Below are positions 17,919 through 27,067 of a stretch of 64,000 nucleotides of DNA, piece by piece. Source of the stretch: a virus; the IMG/VR virus record IMGVR_UViG_3300000228_000004, positions 1-64,000 of that record, one strand, 5' to 3'. The notes beneath the pieces were generated by a model, which was not told the DNA's origin, ran no database searches, and saw nothing but the letters and a program-made list of their open reading frames with translations. The translations under genes were made by a program, and so were the position numbers. Within the stretch, counting starts at the first letter, position 1. Every line of letters begins with the position of its first letter.

Positions 17919-18295
17919 TTTCTTCCTTTCGTTAGGTAATTCGTTAGTAAAGATTCGATATTAGAAGAACCCACTGGGTTTGCTGAATGAACATTGAAAT
18001 GAAAATCTCGGTTAAAAAACAAACCAACTGAATCTAAATCTTTTTCAATCATCCATTTAACTACTACCATCGAAGTATCGTCACCACCCAAATCATGATC
18101 AAATGAAATAAATAAAGGACACCCGTGGTTTTGTATATATGTTATGGCTTCTTTTGAAGACCTAGATATGACCCAAGAACCACTTTCGTATTTCGGGGAA
18201 CGGATATCATCGATATAGAGCCAATATGTATTATTTTCGTTTTCCGTTGTTCTGGCCCGATTTTCAGGAGTTTTCTCACTCATGGTTTGTTTCAC
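17915..18295 (-). CDS. Cyclic-phosphate-processing receiver-like domain protein
   Basis: LYIDDIR.P, ISFDHDLG, VHSANPVG. Confidence 0.75.
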   Translation of the reverse strand: MKQTMSEKTPENRARTTENENNTYWLYIDDIRSPKYESGSWVISRSSKEAITYIQNHGCPLFISFDHDLGGDDTSMVVVKWMIEKDLDSVGLFFNRDFHFNVHSANPVGSSNIESLLTNYLTKGRN

Positions 18296-18325
18296 CGTTT
18301 TGACCCTTTCTTTTTGTTATGTGAT

Positions 18326-18360
18326 ATTATACCGTAAGTTAACTTAAAGAAAGGTTAAAC
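18326..18360 (-). promoter_or_regulatory. Conserved early promoter
   Basis: GTTTAACCTTTCTTTAAGTTAACTTACGGTATAAT. Confidence 0.8.
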
Positions 18361-18391
18361 ATCACTGATTTATACAAAATTACATATTATA

Positions 18392-18940
18392 TCACCAACC
18401 CCATACTTTCAATTTTAGGTAAATCCTCGCGTCCAGAAGGTGTTTAAAATCTTCAAAGTTATCCCTGATATTGGTCGCGTCAGCGTCAACCCTGAGATCA
18501 GATCTTTCTATGAATTCAACTCGTTTCAATTTGAACCCATTATCCTCGAATATCTTGGTATAGAACTCATTTTTGTACTCTTTACCAGATACTTCGAAGT
18601 GATCGTACCTGTCAACTTCTTTGTTATTGAAAAATAGTGTGATGTTTTCTTTTGGAATTTTCCCATTAAAAGTGATTCCTTTCTCAATAGTTTCAAACCA
18701 AGAACCCCAATTCGGGTTATCACTTATTTTTATAAACAATATCTCACAATTTGGGTATATGAGAGTTATGAGCTCTTTTCTTTGTTCGAATGAAAGTGGG
18801 TTTCTTTTTGTGTTTCTGCCAGAATCATCACCTAAAACTATCAAAGGGATTTTACCATCGAGAAGAACTTCGTTCACGATGTGTTGGTGCCCATAGTGAA
18901 ATGGTTGAAATCTCCCGATTATAAGACCATAATCATTCAT
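18392..18940 (-). CDS. NMN adenylyltransferase (NadM-like)
   Basis: IGRFQPFHYGH, RNPLSFEQR, ATNIR; adjacent to NAMPT. Confidence 0.82.
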   Translation of the reverse strand: MNDYGLIIGRFQPFHYGHQHIVNEVLLDGKIPLIVLGDDSGRNTKRNPLSFEQRKELITLIYPNCEILFIKISDNPNWGSWFETIEKGITFNGKIPKENITLFFNNKEVDRYDHFEVSGKEYKNEFYTKIFEDNGFKLKRVEFIERSDLRVDADATNIRDNFEDFKHLLDARIYLKLKVWGW

Positions 18941-18950
18941 AAATACCCCT

Positions 18951-20399
18951 TTAATTACAATTTCTTATTTCTTCGAGTGTAGTTTCTTTAGTAATCTTAC
19001 CGTTTTCGTAAACAATATTCAACATATCTGTTATTGGGAAATCACTTGAACTGAAATCAATTTTATCTGTAAAGTACTCTTTTGTAGCATGATTGAACCA
19101 TAGTGTTACTTTCCCCTTTTTTGATTTCTTTCCTGGGTCTGTTATGGGGTCTTTAAAAACTCCCATCGGAACAAAGAAATGTTCCATCTCAGCGCCCCCG
19201 TCACCGTTGTCTATTGGTGACCCCTCATCAACCGTAATTTCAGAACACTTGATGGCAAAACCGAGAGTATCTCTATTGTGATGTTGCATGAGCCAACCAC
19301 CTGAGCCAAACGATATATTTTCTGAACTATATCCCCTTTTAACAAGGATATCGAGCATTTCTCGCATAGAGTAAGTGTTAATACCATCACCCCAAATAAT
19401 TCTCATTTTATTGAATACCTTAAACCCCTTATTATTCATAGTATATGGCACACATTCTTTTTCCATTATATCCAAAGTCTGTGGTATGATTTTTTTAGGG
19501 TCTCCTGAGTCTGGTCTAATTACAAACACGGGGTAATCAGGGGAATTGATTTTTCTTTGAAATTCCCCGTCTTGCGCACATACGGTTCTCACCGCTTTGA
19601 AGTAATCATAAGAGTCCATAACTGCTGCGATCATAGGTTTTCCTTTATTCATTTCTATGTGTTTCATGATCATTTCAAACTCTTGTTCTTTTCCCCAAGA
19701 AGTAGTTGTGCTGTGTTCCGTGGCACTTATGCTATGTGCAATGGAAGTAGTGTCAGATACTGGGTAGAAGTTTTGGATACCCTTTATAGCTGAAAAGTTG
19801 CCAGTGCCCAAAAACCCAACAGCCAAGTGTGCCATACCACCCACCATCGCGGACTCGGCGCCAGTTGAGCCACGAGCACCAAAATTGTGAAATTGATACA
19901 ACACGAATGGTGTCTCTTGGGTTTTTACGGCGTATTCTTCAAGCATTTTTCTCACGAAATAGCTCCGAGTAGCGACAGTGGAAGTGTACCAAACTGTCAT
20001 AAGGATAGTTTCTAACCAAGATACCACCCAAAAAACATTTTGGTCTGTGCTTTCGACGGTAAAAAGAACATTACCGTTTGGCACAAGAAGCCCCTCTTGA
20101 ACTGCTCTAATTTTTACTGGGAGGTGACCACCGAGTTCTTTGACAATATAATCCCACCCAGTTTTATTGAATTCGATACCATGTGCTTTTGAGAATTCAT
20201 GTGCCTCGTCAACTTCATATTGTTCAATTGGTTCAGTGAAGTGTTCTTTGAGTATATATTGAAGCCCGAAAAATACAGTACTACCGTCTATTGAACGAGC
20301 CTCAGCGTAATCAAACATCGAAACAGTACCGACTGGGTACTGAACTGTGTGAGTGTACTTATAAGAGTCAGCAAGCATTATTCTATTTTCTTTAAACAT
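18951..20399 (-). CDS. nadV: Nicotinamide phosphoribosyltransferase
   Basis: DSYKYTH, FFGLQY, HNFGARG, ATEHS, DSYD, RPDSGDP, WGDG, FGSGG, KDPITDPGKKSKKG. Confidence 0.92.
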   Translation of the reverse strand: MFKENRIMLADSYKYTHTVQYPVGTVSMFDYAEARSIDGSTVFFGLQYILKEHFTEPIEQYEVDEAHEFSKAHGIEFNKTGWDYIVKELGGHLPVKIRAVQEGLLVPNGNVLFTVESTDQNVFWVVSWLETILMTVWYTSTVATRSYFVRKMLEEYAVKTQETPFVLYQFHNFGARGSTGAESAMVGGMAHLAVGFLGTGNFSAIKGIQNFYPVSDTTSIAHSISATEHSTTTSWGKEQEFEMIMKHIEMNKGKPMIAAVMDSYDYFKAVRTVCAQDGEFQRKINSPDYPVFVIRPDSGDPKKIIPQTLDIMEKECVPYTMNNKGFKVFNKMRIIWGDGINTYSMREMLDILVKRGYSSENISFGSGGWLMQHHNRDTLGFAIKCSEITVDEGSPIDNGDGGAEMEHFFVPMGVFKDPITDPGKKSKKGKVTLWFNHATKEYFTDKIDFSSSDFPITDMLNIVYENGKITKETTLEEIRNCN

Positions 20400-20465
20400 T
20401 TTTTATCCTTTCTATTTTATTCGTGGAATATCTGGTATTTACGGGTGTGCCGTAAATTATTCACG

Positions 20466-21044
20466 CTAAATCAACTCACTCATTTTCATCTTAGCGAAAA
20501 TCCAAATAGATTTCCAATCGTTATTTTCCAAGAGTTCGGTTGCATTCATCCAAACTGTCTTATCATTAACAAATTCAAGTGGGTCTACCAAATCGCTATT
20601 TATAATATCTGCTTCAGTTTTTCCAGGAATCAAACCAGTCACATCAACTAGATAACCAACGCAAAACTGGTTCATCTGAGAGGACACTAGAGTAGAACCA
20701 ACACATCTTATCTTACTCACATCAACATCATACCCAGCTTCTTCAAGAACTTCAGCTCTACAAATAAGTTCACGAGTCAAATTTGAGTCTATACTCCCCC
20801 CAAACGCCGTGGTCATCATGTGCCTTTCATTAAAGAGATGATCTAACGGTGGTTTGGACTCGTTTATTAACCCAAACTTCCCATTCTTTGAATCATAGAG
20901 GATGAATGCGATTGAGTCCACTCCGCCCCTTTCAGTGTAATAGTAGTAGTCCCTTGCTTTTTTGACCGTGATGTACGGGTCTCCGGCTGGGTTTTTTTCT
21001 TCAGAACTCCACAAAATCATTGGCGTGTAGTCTTCATTTTTCAT
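20466..21044 (-). CDS. Nudix hydrolase (ADP-ribose pyrophosphatase-like)
   Basis: FGGSID...CRAEVLEEAGY Nudix box; upstream of the NAD salvage genes. Confidence 0.75.
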   Translation of the reverse strand: MKNEDYTPMILWSSEEKNPAGDPYITVKKARDYYYYTERGGVDSIAFILYDSKNGKFGLINESKPPLDHLFNERHMMTTAFGGSIDSNLTRELICRAEVLEEAGYDVDVSKIRCVGSTLVSSQMNQFCVGYLVDVTGLIPGKTEADIINSDLVDPLEFVNDKTVWMNATELLENNDWKSIWIFAKMKMSELI

Positions 21045-21116
21045 TTCTTTCCTTTAATCAATTAATAACAGTGAACATCATATCACACGCCCGTGAAGTA
21101 CCCATAGAAATTAAAG

Positions 21117-21455
21117 TCAGCTTTGCAATACTGTCCTCAACTTCTTCCCGTAAGTAGGTGATTTCAATTTAGACAGTACTTTATTTTCTAATTCCATTGC
21201 CTGTCGTTTATTGATGCCCAACACTTTAGCTACATCTTCTATTTGATAATTCCCTGATACTCTTTCGGTTTTAAGAGTTCTGCGAATTTTATTTTCAAGT
21301 GATAACCTTTCCTGTACGATTTTATATTTTAAGATGAGCCTAAGTTCTTTTATTCTCACCGTAGTATATTCACTTCTATCCCCTGAATTTTCCAATAATT
21401 CGATTTTTCCTCTGACATCTTCTTTAGACAACAGTTCTTCTTCTTTTGTTAGCAT
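21117..21455 (-). CDS. Stand-alone sigma70 region-4-like HTH protein
   Basis: YQIEDVAKVLGINKRQAMELENKVLSKLKSP...KKLRTVL resembles the RpoD C-terminus. Confidence 0.65.
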   Translation of the reverse strand: MLTKEEELLSKEDVRGKIELLENSGDRSEYTTVRIKELRLILKYKIVQERLSLENKIRRTLKTERVSGNYQIEDVAKVLGINKRQAMELENKVLSKLKSPTYGKKLRTVLQS

Positions 21456-21505
21456 AATAACCCTTCATTGATTTAATTTTTTATTTTGAGAGAAAAAAAG
21501 CGCGT

Positions 21506-21712
21506 TTAGTATGTGTGGCCATTCCAATGTCTGTAATATGGTCTTTGTGGTTGTGGATAACATGGTTGTGGGTATGACCTGTAAGAGGAGTCAACAGCAA
21601 GAGCGCCAATAGAGGCACCAGCTACAGCACCTAACGCAACCCTTTCTTCATAAGAGCAACCATTTAGTAGTATTGCGATAGCGATTGCTGTAACGGTGAT
21701 TGTTTTCTTCAT
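21506..21712 (-). CDS. Small glycine-zipper lipoprotein
   Basis: MKK-hydrophobic-LLNGC lipobox, GAVAGASIGALA. Confidence 0.75.
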   Translation of the reverse strand: MKKTITVTAIAIAILLNGCSYEERVALGAVAGASIGALAVDSSYRSYPQPCYPQPQRPYYRHWNGHTY

Positions 21713-21737
21713 CTTTTCCCTTTAATTGATATGATAT

Positions 21738-21771
21738 ATTATACCGTAAGTTAGCTTAAAGAGAGGTTAAA
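21738..21771 (-). promoter_or_regulatory. Conserved early promoter
   Basis: TTTAACCTCTCTTTAAGCTAACTTACGGTATAAT. Confidence 0.8.
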
Positions 21772-21789
21772 TGAATAAATATTTAAATT

Positions 21790-22028
21790 TTTCTTCAACT
21801 AACCGTGAAGAGTGCTCGTTTTCTTTGGTTGCTTCTATGCAAATCTCATGTATTTTGGTCTTTAACATACTGCAAAGTATAACCATTTCGTTTAACGGCT
21901 TCTATGCAAATCTCATGTGTTTGGTCTTCAACGAACTGTAAACTATATCCGTTTCGTTTAACGGCTTCTAGGCAAATCTCATGTGTTTGGTCTTCAGGTC
22001 TTAGTTCTCTAAATTGTTCTATTGTCAT
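21790..22028 (-). pseudogene. Short frameshifted paralog of the DUF4116 repeat gene
   Basis: Two intact repeats, then CAA AAT ACA TGA where CAA ACA CAT GAG is expected; the repeat continues in another frame (HEICIEATKEN); the upstream promoter lacks its -10. Confidence 0.65.
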
Positions 22029-22110
22029 TTTAATGTCTTTTATATTATGTGTTGTATGTACAAGTTAGCTTAAAGCAAGGTTAGATTTTTATTAAAATAT
22101 AGTTTGTGGT

Positions 22111-22575
22111 TTAAAAGTAGGAAAGGTCATTAGAAACAGTATCATAAACAAAAAACATCCTTCCGCATTCTATGTTTTTAAAATTACCATTTGGGGTGGG
22201 GACAGTATGAGCTAATAAGTACGCTTCTACTTCTTCGTCAACAAGAATATCTTCTATTCCTATTTTTATTTCTTCTTCTGTTAATTTCTTTTGGACTATA
22301 GGATTCGGTGGTTCTTCATAGAATTCACCGTTATCACCAACTCTCGTAAAAATGGCTGGGTGGTTTATGACATTCTCTTCGTTATTGATGCCCCATTGTA
22401 TCATAGCATACATAGACGGTATCATCTCATTGAACTTATCCGCTAGAATTTGTTGGTTTACATCCATTTCAAAATTGGTGTCCCAAGTATGCTCCATACC
22501 GAGCTTAAACATTTTCATAAAAAAGTGAGCGGACTTCCAATATTCCGCTGACCTTATTTTTACGCCGATTTTCAT
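22111..22575 (-). CDS. Hypothetical protein
   Basis: ORF with AAGGA RBS. Confidence 0.6.
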   Translation of the reverse strand: MKIGVKIRSAEYWKSAHFFMKMFKLGMEHTWDTNFEMDVNQQILADKFNEMIPSMYAMIQWGINNEENVINHPAIFTRVGDNGEFYEEPPNPIVQKKLTEEEIKIGIEDILVDEEVEAYLLAHTVPTPNGNFKNIECGRMFFVYDTVSNDLSYF

Positions 22576-22584
22576 ATTCTATCC

Positions 22585-22881
22585 TTAGATAGTCATCGCG
22601 ATTGAATCCATGATACCGTCATCAGATTTCAGTTGTTCTATTATATCTTCTTCCAGTTGAATGTCTGCTGGGTTAGTTTTCATCTCTTTCTTGATTCTAG
22701 ATATGGCTGAGTCAATTTCTTTAACCAATACTCCATTATCTTTCGCTTCAGTTTTAATTTGTTTGATATCATCTTGTATAGCTTTCATTTCAATTTGGCA
22801 TGCGATAATTGATTTCGCGTAATCAAGAAGATCTTTTTGTTCTTCAACTTTTACTGGTTCTATTTCTTCATAAATTTCCAT
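22585..22881 (-). CDS. dsDNA-binding protein (T4 DsbA/GapR-like)
   Basis: EMKAIQDDIKQIKTEAKDNG..VKEI coiled motif. Confidence 0.6.
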   Translation of the reverse strand: MEIYEEIEPVKVEEQKDLLDYAKSIIACQIEMKAIQDDIKQIKTEAKDNGVLVKEIDSAISRIKKEMKTNPADIQLEEDIIEQLKSDDGIMDSIAMTI

Positions 22882-22891
22882 TTTTCAATCC

Positions 22892-23137
22892 TTAAACATT
22901 AGTTACGATTATTAACACAGACCACAACATAGCAGTCAAGCCGAATAAACCCAAAGTATTCATTTCAGTAACTTTAGTTTTTGTCGCAATGAATACGATA
23001 TCTGAAATTACCAAAAGTGAACTAATTACCAGTGATGTGAAAAACACAAAATTGACTATTAACCACAATAAAATACCAACTTTACCAAGTACACCGTAAT
23101 CAGTCAATAAGCTGATTACTTCGTTTAAATATTCCAT
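22892..23137 (-). CDS. Small membrane protein
   Basis: Two transmembrane-like segments. Confidence 0.55.
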   Translation of the reverse strand: MEYLNEVISLLTDYGVLGKVGILLWLIVNFVFFTSLVISSLLVISDIVFIATKTKVTEMNTLGLFGLTAMLWSVLIIVTNV

Positions 23138-23206
23138 GAAATACCCTTTCTATTTTTAATTATTATACCTAGCATTGTTTAAAATCAACTTAAACAATGT
23201 AATTTA

Positions 23207-24280
23207 TTACGCGTATTCTTGAACCAATCTTTCCCAATCTGATAATCCAGCCTTTTTTATTGCTATAGCGGCGACAACTGCTCTCATAGTAAGTGGCGCA
23301 GTCCCAGCTGAAAGTCGCTCTAAAATAGTTAATTTCACATCCATGTCAACCTCTGGTTCAATATATGGAAGAATAGATTTTATTCTATATATTACATCTT
23401 CTCTTTTCAATTGAACATCCATAAAGAAACTTCTAGACATAATTGCTGACATATTCGGGTCTTTCTCAAAGTCTGTGGCTGGTTTATTGGTGATAAATAT
23501 GATTCTTGAGGAAAAGTCAAATTTACTTGGTAGCTTTATTTTAGTACCAACATCTTCAGGTCTTTCTCTTAGAGCAGTTTCCAGTTCAATTAGGTATTCT
23601 TCTTTATCACTAGGTTCCATGAGTTCTAGGTTCACCGTTGCTCTACTTGGCCACTCTACTTGTCTCACTTGATAAGTATCAATTGCACCCTTCAGTATAT
23701 TAACCGCATCTTTATCACTCCAAACTGAGTCACTGTCATCATAAACGATAGTTTTATCGTTTCTGTTGATGAATAAATCCATATATAACCCAAATGGTGA
23801 TAATTTAGCACCCTTTCTGTGTCTCCATTTAGCATCCGGACCTTCAGGGGAACCGAGAATATCTTTCATCGTTTTTTCAACATGGAAAGTGTTGTGGTGG
23901 ATAAATCCTTGAGAATCTTGGTAAAGGTGAGTTTCTGAATCAACTGCTAAGTCATATACTAATTCTTTTCCTGATTCTTCTATACCAGTAATGGTAGCTA
24001 ACCCGCGTTTCATAGGTAAAGTGTCACCGACCTTTAATTCTTTTACCCATTTTTGTGAATCCAATCCCATCAACGCGTGTTCATCAGCCACTCTAAATGT
24101 CGCTTTATCAGTTATTATTTTTAGGATTGGTTCTTCTTTTACTACCATCCCTACTACCCTTACAAATTCACCATTTTCATCTAAGACATGAAATTCTGTT
24201 TTAGGTGTGTAACTTTCGTATAATTTAAATTCGTGATTTTCTTTTTCTGATATTGTATCAAAAACTTTTTTTATTTCCAT
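23207..24280 (-). CDS. Split-intein C-part (130 aa, 23891..24280) fused to the C-terminal half of a phage AAA+ ATPase
   Basis: ADEH (block B), VYDL (block F), HHN|T junction; then IVYDDSDSV (Walker B), IIFITN, SRS. Confidence 0.88.
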   Translation of the reverse strand: MEIKKVFDTISEKENHEFKLYESYTPKTEFHVLDENGEFVRVVGMVVKEEPILKIITDKATFRVADEHALMGLDSQKWVKELKVGDTLPMKRGLATITGIEESGKELVYDLAVDSETHLYQDSQGFIHHNTFHVEKTMKDILGSPEGPDAKWRHRKGAKLSPFGLYMDLFINRNDKTIVYDDSDSVWSDKDAVNILKGAIDTYQVRQVEWPSRATVNLELMEPSDKEEYLIELETALRERPEDVGTKIKLPSKFDFSSRIIFITNKPATDFEKDPNMSAIMSRSFFMDVQLKREDVIYRIKSILPYIEPEVDMDVKLTILERLSAGTAPLTMRAVVAAIAIKKAGLSDWERLVQEYA

Positions 24281-24343
24281 AATGTCTTCCCATAGTATTT
24301 TATTTTTATTTAAGATATCGAGTGAACTTAGAGTTCACCCCTA

Positions 24344-25204
24344 TTATAGCCCGAAGACAGGTATTTGAGTTTCAGAACCTAAGCATTTACCCAACCCAGC
24401 TGCACCAGCGACGATAAGACCGTTTGCACCACCAGTTGCTACAATTTTTGTTAATTTCTCGATATCACCAAAAACAAGCTCTGGGTCAGACCATTTCTTT
24501 TCAGAAAGAACTTTTTCAGCACCTTTAAAAACAGCCTCTGTTGAATTTTTTTCAACCGTATTTTTTTCAACCTGGAAGCCCTTGTATTCTTCTTTATCCC
24601 ATTTTCCAGCATCTTCTAGTTTATTGATGTAACCTTGGTAGGTATCTTCAGCTTCTATGTATTCTACGCCCATTGCAGTACCGTAAGCAATCATCTTTTT
24701 AGGGGGTTTGTTACTATCTTTTATCGCTTCTGTTAATGGGTAACTCCCTTTCGAAGGTTCAAAAGTGTTATTTTCATTGACATGCCCACCGCTTAAAATG
24801 ACATCTTTCAACTCTTTAACCACATCAATAGCATTCATCCAGTCAGCTATTTTAATAGTTAAAGTCGGGGTATCCCATCTTTTTTTACCATCTTTCGGAT
24901 CCCAGTAATCAATAACATTGATTTGAAACAAAGAAGATTTTGCTTTTTGGAGCCAACCAAACCTAATCATAAACCCAGCTTCATTCATGAATTTAAAACC
25001 TTGACCAGCACCTAAGCCTTTTTTAGTGAAACTTTCTTTTCCCAAAGAACCACCCAACATTTTGAATTCACCACCATTTAAATGATGCCCAAGTACTGTA
25101 GCCAAAAGGGTTGATACCTTTTGCAGTGAAGCTTCACTGAACTTTGCTTCATTGAGCGAAGTTTCGCTAATTTCTAATTTTTCCAATATTCTTTTTAAAA
25201 CCAT
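24344..25204 (-). CDS. N-terminal half of the AAA+ ATPase fused to a 13-aa split-intein N-part (24347..24385)
   Basis: LIVAGAAGLGK|CLGSETQIPVFGL-stop; splicing would restore Walker A GAAGLGKT. Confidence 0.85.
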   Translation of the reverse strand: MVLKRILEKLEISETSLNEAKFSEASLQKVSTLLATVLGHHLNGGEFKMLGGSLGKESFTKKGLGAGQGFKFMNEAGFMIRFGWLQKAKSSLFQINVIDYWDPKDGKKRWDTPTLTIKIADWMNAIDVVKELKDVILSGGHVNENNTFEPSKGSYPLTEAIKDSNKPPKKMIAYGTAMGVEYIEAEDTYQGYINKLEDAGKWDKEEYKGFQVEKNTVEKNSTEAVFKGAEKVLSEKKWSDPELVFGDIEKLTKIVATGGANGLIVAGAAGLGKCLGSETQIPVFGL

Positions 25205-25214
25205 TTTTATTTCC

Positions 25215-25439
25215 TTATATTTGATTCATTAATGTGTACTTTGGAGCTACTTGCGCTGACTTACCGAACAGATTAAGGTTAAGGATTTCGGCAGCAACTG
25301 CCTTACCACCCATTTTTGTTACCATTTTCTTAAAACCACTGATTATTTCTGGGTTTTCTTCTACATATTTTTGCGCGTCAATCTTACCTGTTCTTCCCAC
25401 AACGCCTACAGCTGATTCATTCAGTTTATACTTAATCAT
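25215..25439 (-). CDS. Small late protein
   Basis: GGGGAG RBS, upstream TTAAATAC box, early LNE motif. Confidence 0.6.
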   Translation of the reverse strand: MIKYKLNESAVGVVGRTGKIDAQKYVEENPEIISGFKKMVTKMGGKAVAAEILNLNLFGKSAQVAPKYTLMNQI

Positions 25440-25466
25440 AATTCTCCCCTACTTTAATAAGAGTAT

Positions 25467-26483
25467 TTAATGTATTCTTTTCCCGAGTTTTATTTTTAGG
25501 ATCCCTTTACTGCCTGACATTAGGTTACTAAGTATGTTGAATGCTATTTGTTTTTTATTTTTAGAGTTTTGTAACCAACTATTGGTGTCCTTTTCTTCGA
25601 TCGAAACTGGCCAAACGAATACTCTGAAACCACTTTCTAATAACTCTATAGATTTTTCCTTTGAAGTATTATCCTTGAATTGGTTATCTAAACAAAAAAT
25701 CGCTTCACTAAGTTCACTAATACGGTCTCCATTTAAGTCACACCCCAGTGCAGCAACTACCCTGTCGTTGGGAAGCCCAGAGCTTAGTGCGTCGAATACG
25801 GATTCGAATATGAATGTCGGTTTAGTTTTGTCTACCCCAAACCAATTCCAGACTTTGTACCCAGTATTTTCTTCTGGTATGTATGTATAAAATCGTTTCT
25901 CTTTCATTGACCTTGCTTGGAACCCATAAGCTATTTTATCGTTTTCATTGTACCAAAGTGGTATTATAATTGAATTTTTCACTGGGATAAATGCGCCGTT
26001 GAGTTCTATACTATCGTTTGAAAAATATAAACCATCAGGTGAAAGTTCTCTACCGAGTAAGTATTCTTTAGCACTCTCATCTTCTTCAGCTGACATGAAT
26101 TCATCTGGGAATTTGAATGTGAATATGGGTTTCTTTTTCTTGTACTGGTAAGAAAACTCGAAGTCTTCTGGCTCTTCTTGTGCGTGTTTTTGTTTTAGGT
26201 GGTTAAATGAAGTTTCTTGTTTTTCTTTTTTATATTGCTCGAAAAGAATTTGGTTACATTCCTTGAGGTAGGAATACATATTCCCCTTAAAACCACAATT
26301 AAAACAGTTTATCGCGTCTTGGTCATAACTCGTTTTTCGATATAGGTGTAATCTCTTCTGTCGCTTATCTGTGTCCGAATCTCCGCAAATATTACATTTA
26401 GCTGAAATGTCATTGGGGGATTCTTTCCCTATGTCAGAACCAACAGCAAACTTGAAATATTTTACATTTATTGGGTCTAACAT
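25467..26483 (-). CDS. gp61: DNA primase (gp61-like)
   Basis: CNICGDS...CFNCG Zn finger, GFQARS, IFESVFDALS, LDN, KDTN. Confidence 0.9.
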   Translation of the reverse strand: MLDPINVKYFKFAVGSDIGKESPNDISAKCNICGDSDTDKRQKRLHLYRKTSYDQDAINCFNCGFKGNMYSYLKECNQILFEQYKKEKQETSFNHLKQKHAQEEPEDFEFSYQYKKKKPIFTFKFPDEFMSAEEDESAKEYLLGRELSPDGLYFSNDSIELNGAFIPVKNSIIIPLWYNENDKIAYGFQARSMKEKRFYTYIPEENTGYKVWNWFGVDKTKPTFIFESVFDALSSGLPNDRVVAALGCDLNGDRISELSEAIFCLDNQFKDNTSKEKSIELLESGFRVFVWPVSIEEKDTNSWLQNSKNKKQIAFNILSNLMSGSKGILKIKLGKRIH

Positions 26484-26491
26484 TTCAATCC

Positions 26492-26854
26492 TTATTGTTC
26501 TTCTATTTTAGCGATCTCTTCTTCATTTTCTAAGTCTGGTTCTAAGTTTACACCATCTGGTAAATTATTTTTTGCTATTTCGTCCAGATTATGCGTAATT
26601 ATTTTGAATTTTTTGAACCCGATATCATTAATAATAATTTCAGTCAATTCAGAAACTTTTTTGATTTCAGTTTCAAATTTTAAGTTCAGATAATGAACCA
26701 AAAACCCTAAATCAACCCCTTGGATCAACTGACTGAAAACCCCAACCGTATTGATAATTTCTTCTTCACTTAGTCCTGAGTCATTATCAGTTATAACCGC
26801 TTCTTTTACTATCTTTACTAAGTCTTCTTCTTCGTGATTAAATTTAATTTCCAT
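26492..26854 (-). CDS. Hypothetical acidic protein
   Basis: AGGAG RBS. Confidence 0.6.
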   Translation of the reverse strand: MEIKFNHEEEDLVKIVKEAVITDNDSGLSEEEIINTVGVFSQLIQGVDLGFLVHYLNLKFETEIKKVSELTEIIINDIGFKKFKIITHNLDEIAKNNLPDGVNLEPDLENEEEIAKIEEQ

Positions 26855-27067
26855 TTTATCTCCTGTTATATGCTTTAAATACCCAAATGTTCATCCCCTG
26901 TTCATAGAGGTATGCCTTTGAATTTATTTTGAGTTTCAATGACTCTTCCATGAATCTCTCAGCCGTCTTTGATTACGACATAGTAATCATTCATTCTATC
27001 ATAACTTGGTATTGCTTCCGTCATGTCAGAATTTTTCAGTGCCTGTTTAAATTTAGATTCTACCAAA

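Noticed and set aside
24281-24346. Stop-codon readthrough or recoding joining IntN and IntC, which are in the same frame
   Set aside because: Three different stops (TAA, TAG, TGA) intervene and the second ORF has its own RBS; long genes elsewhere read normally in the standard code.
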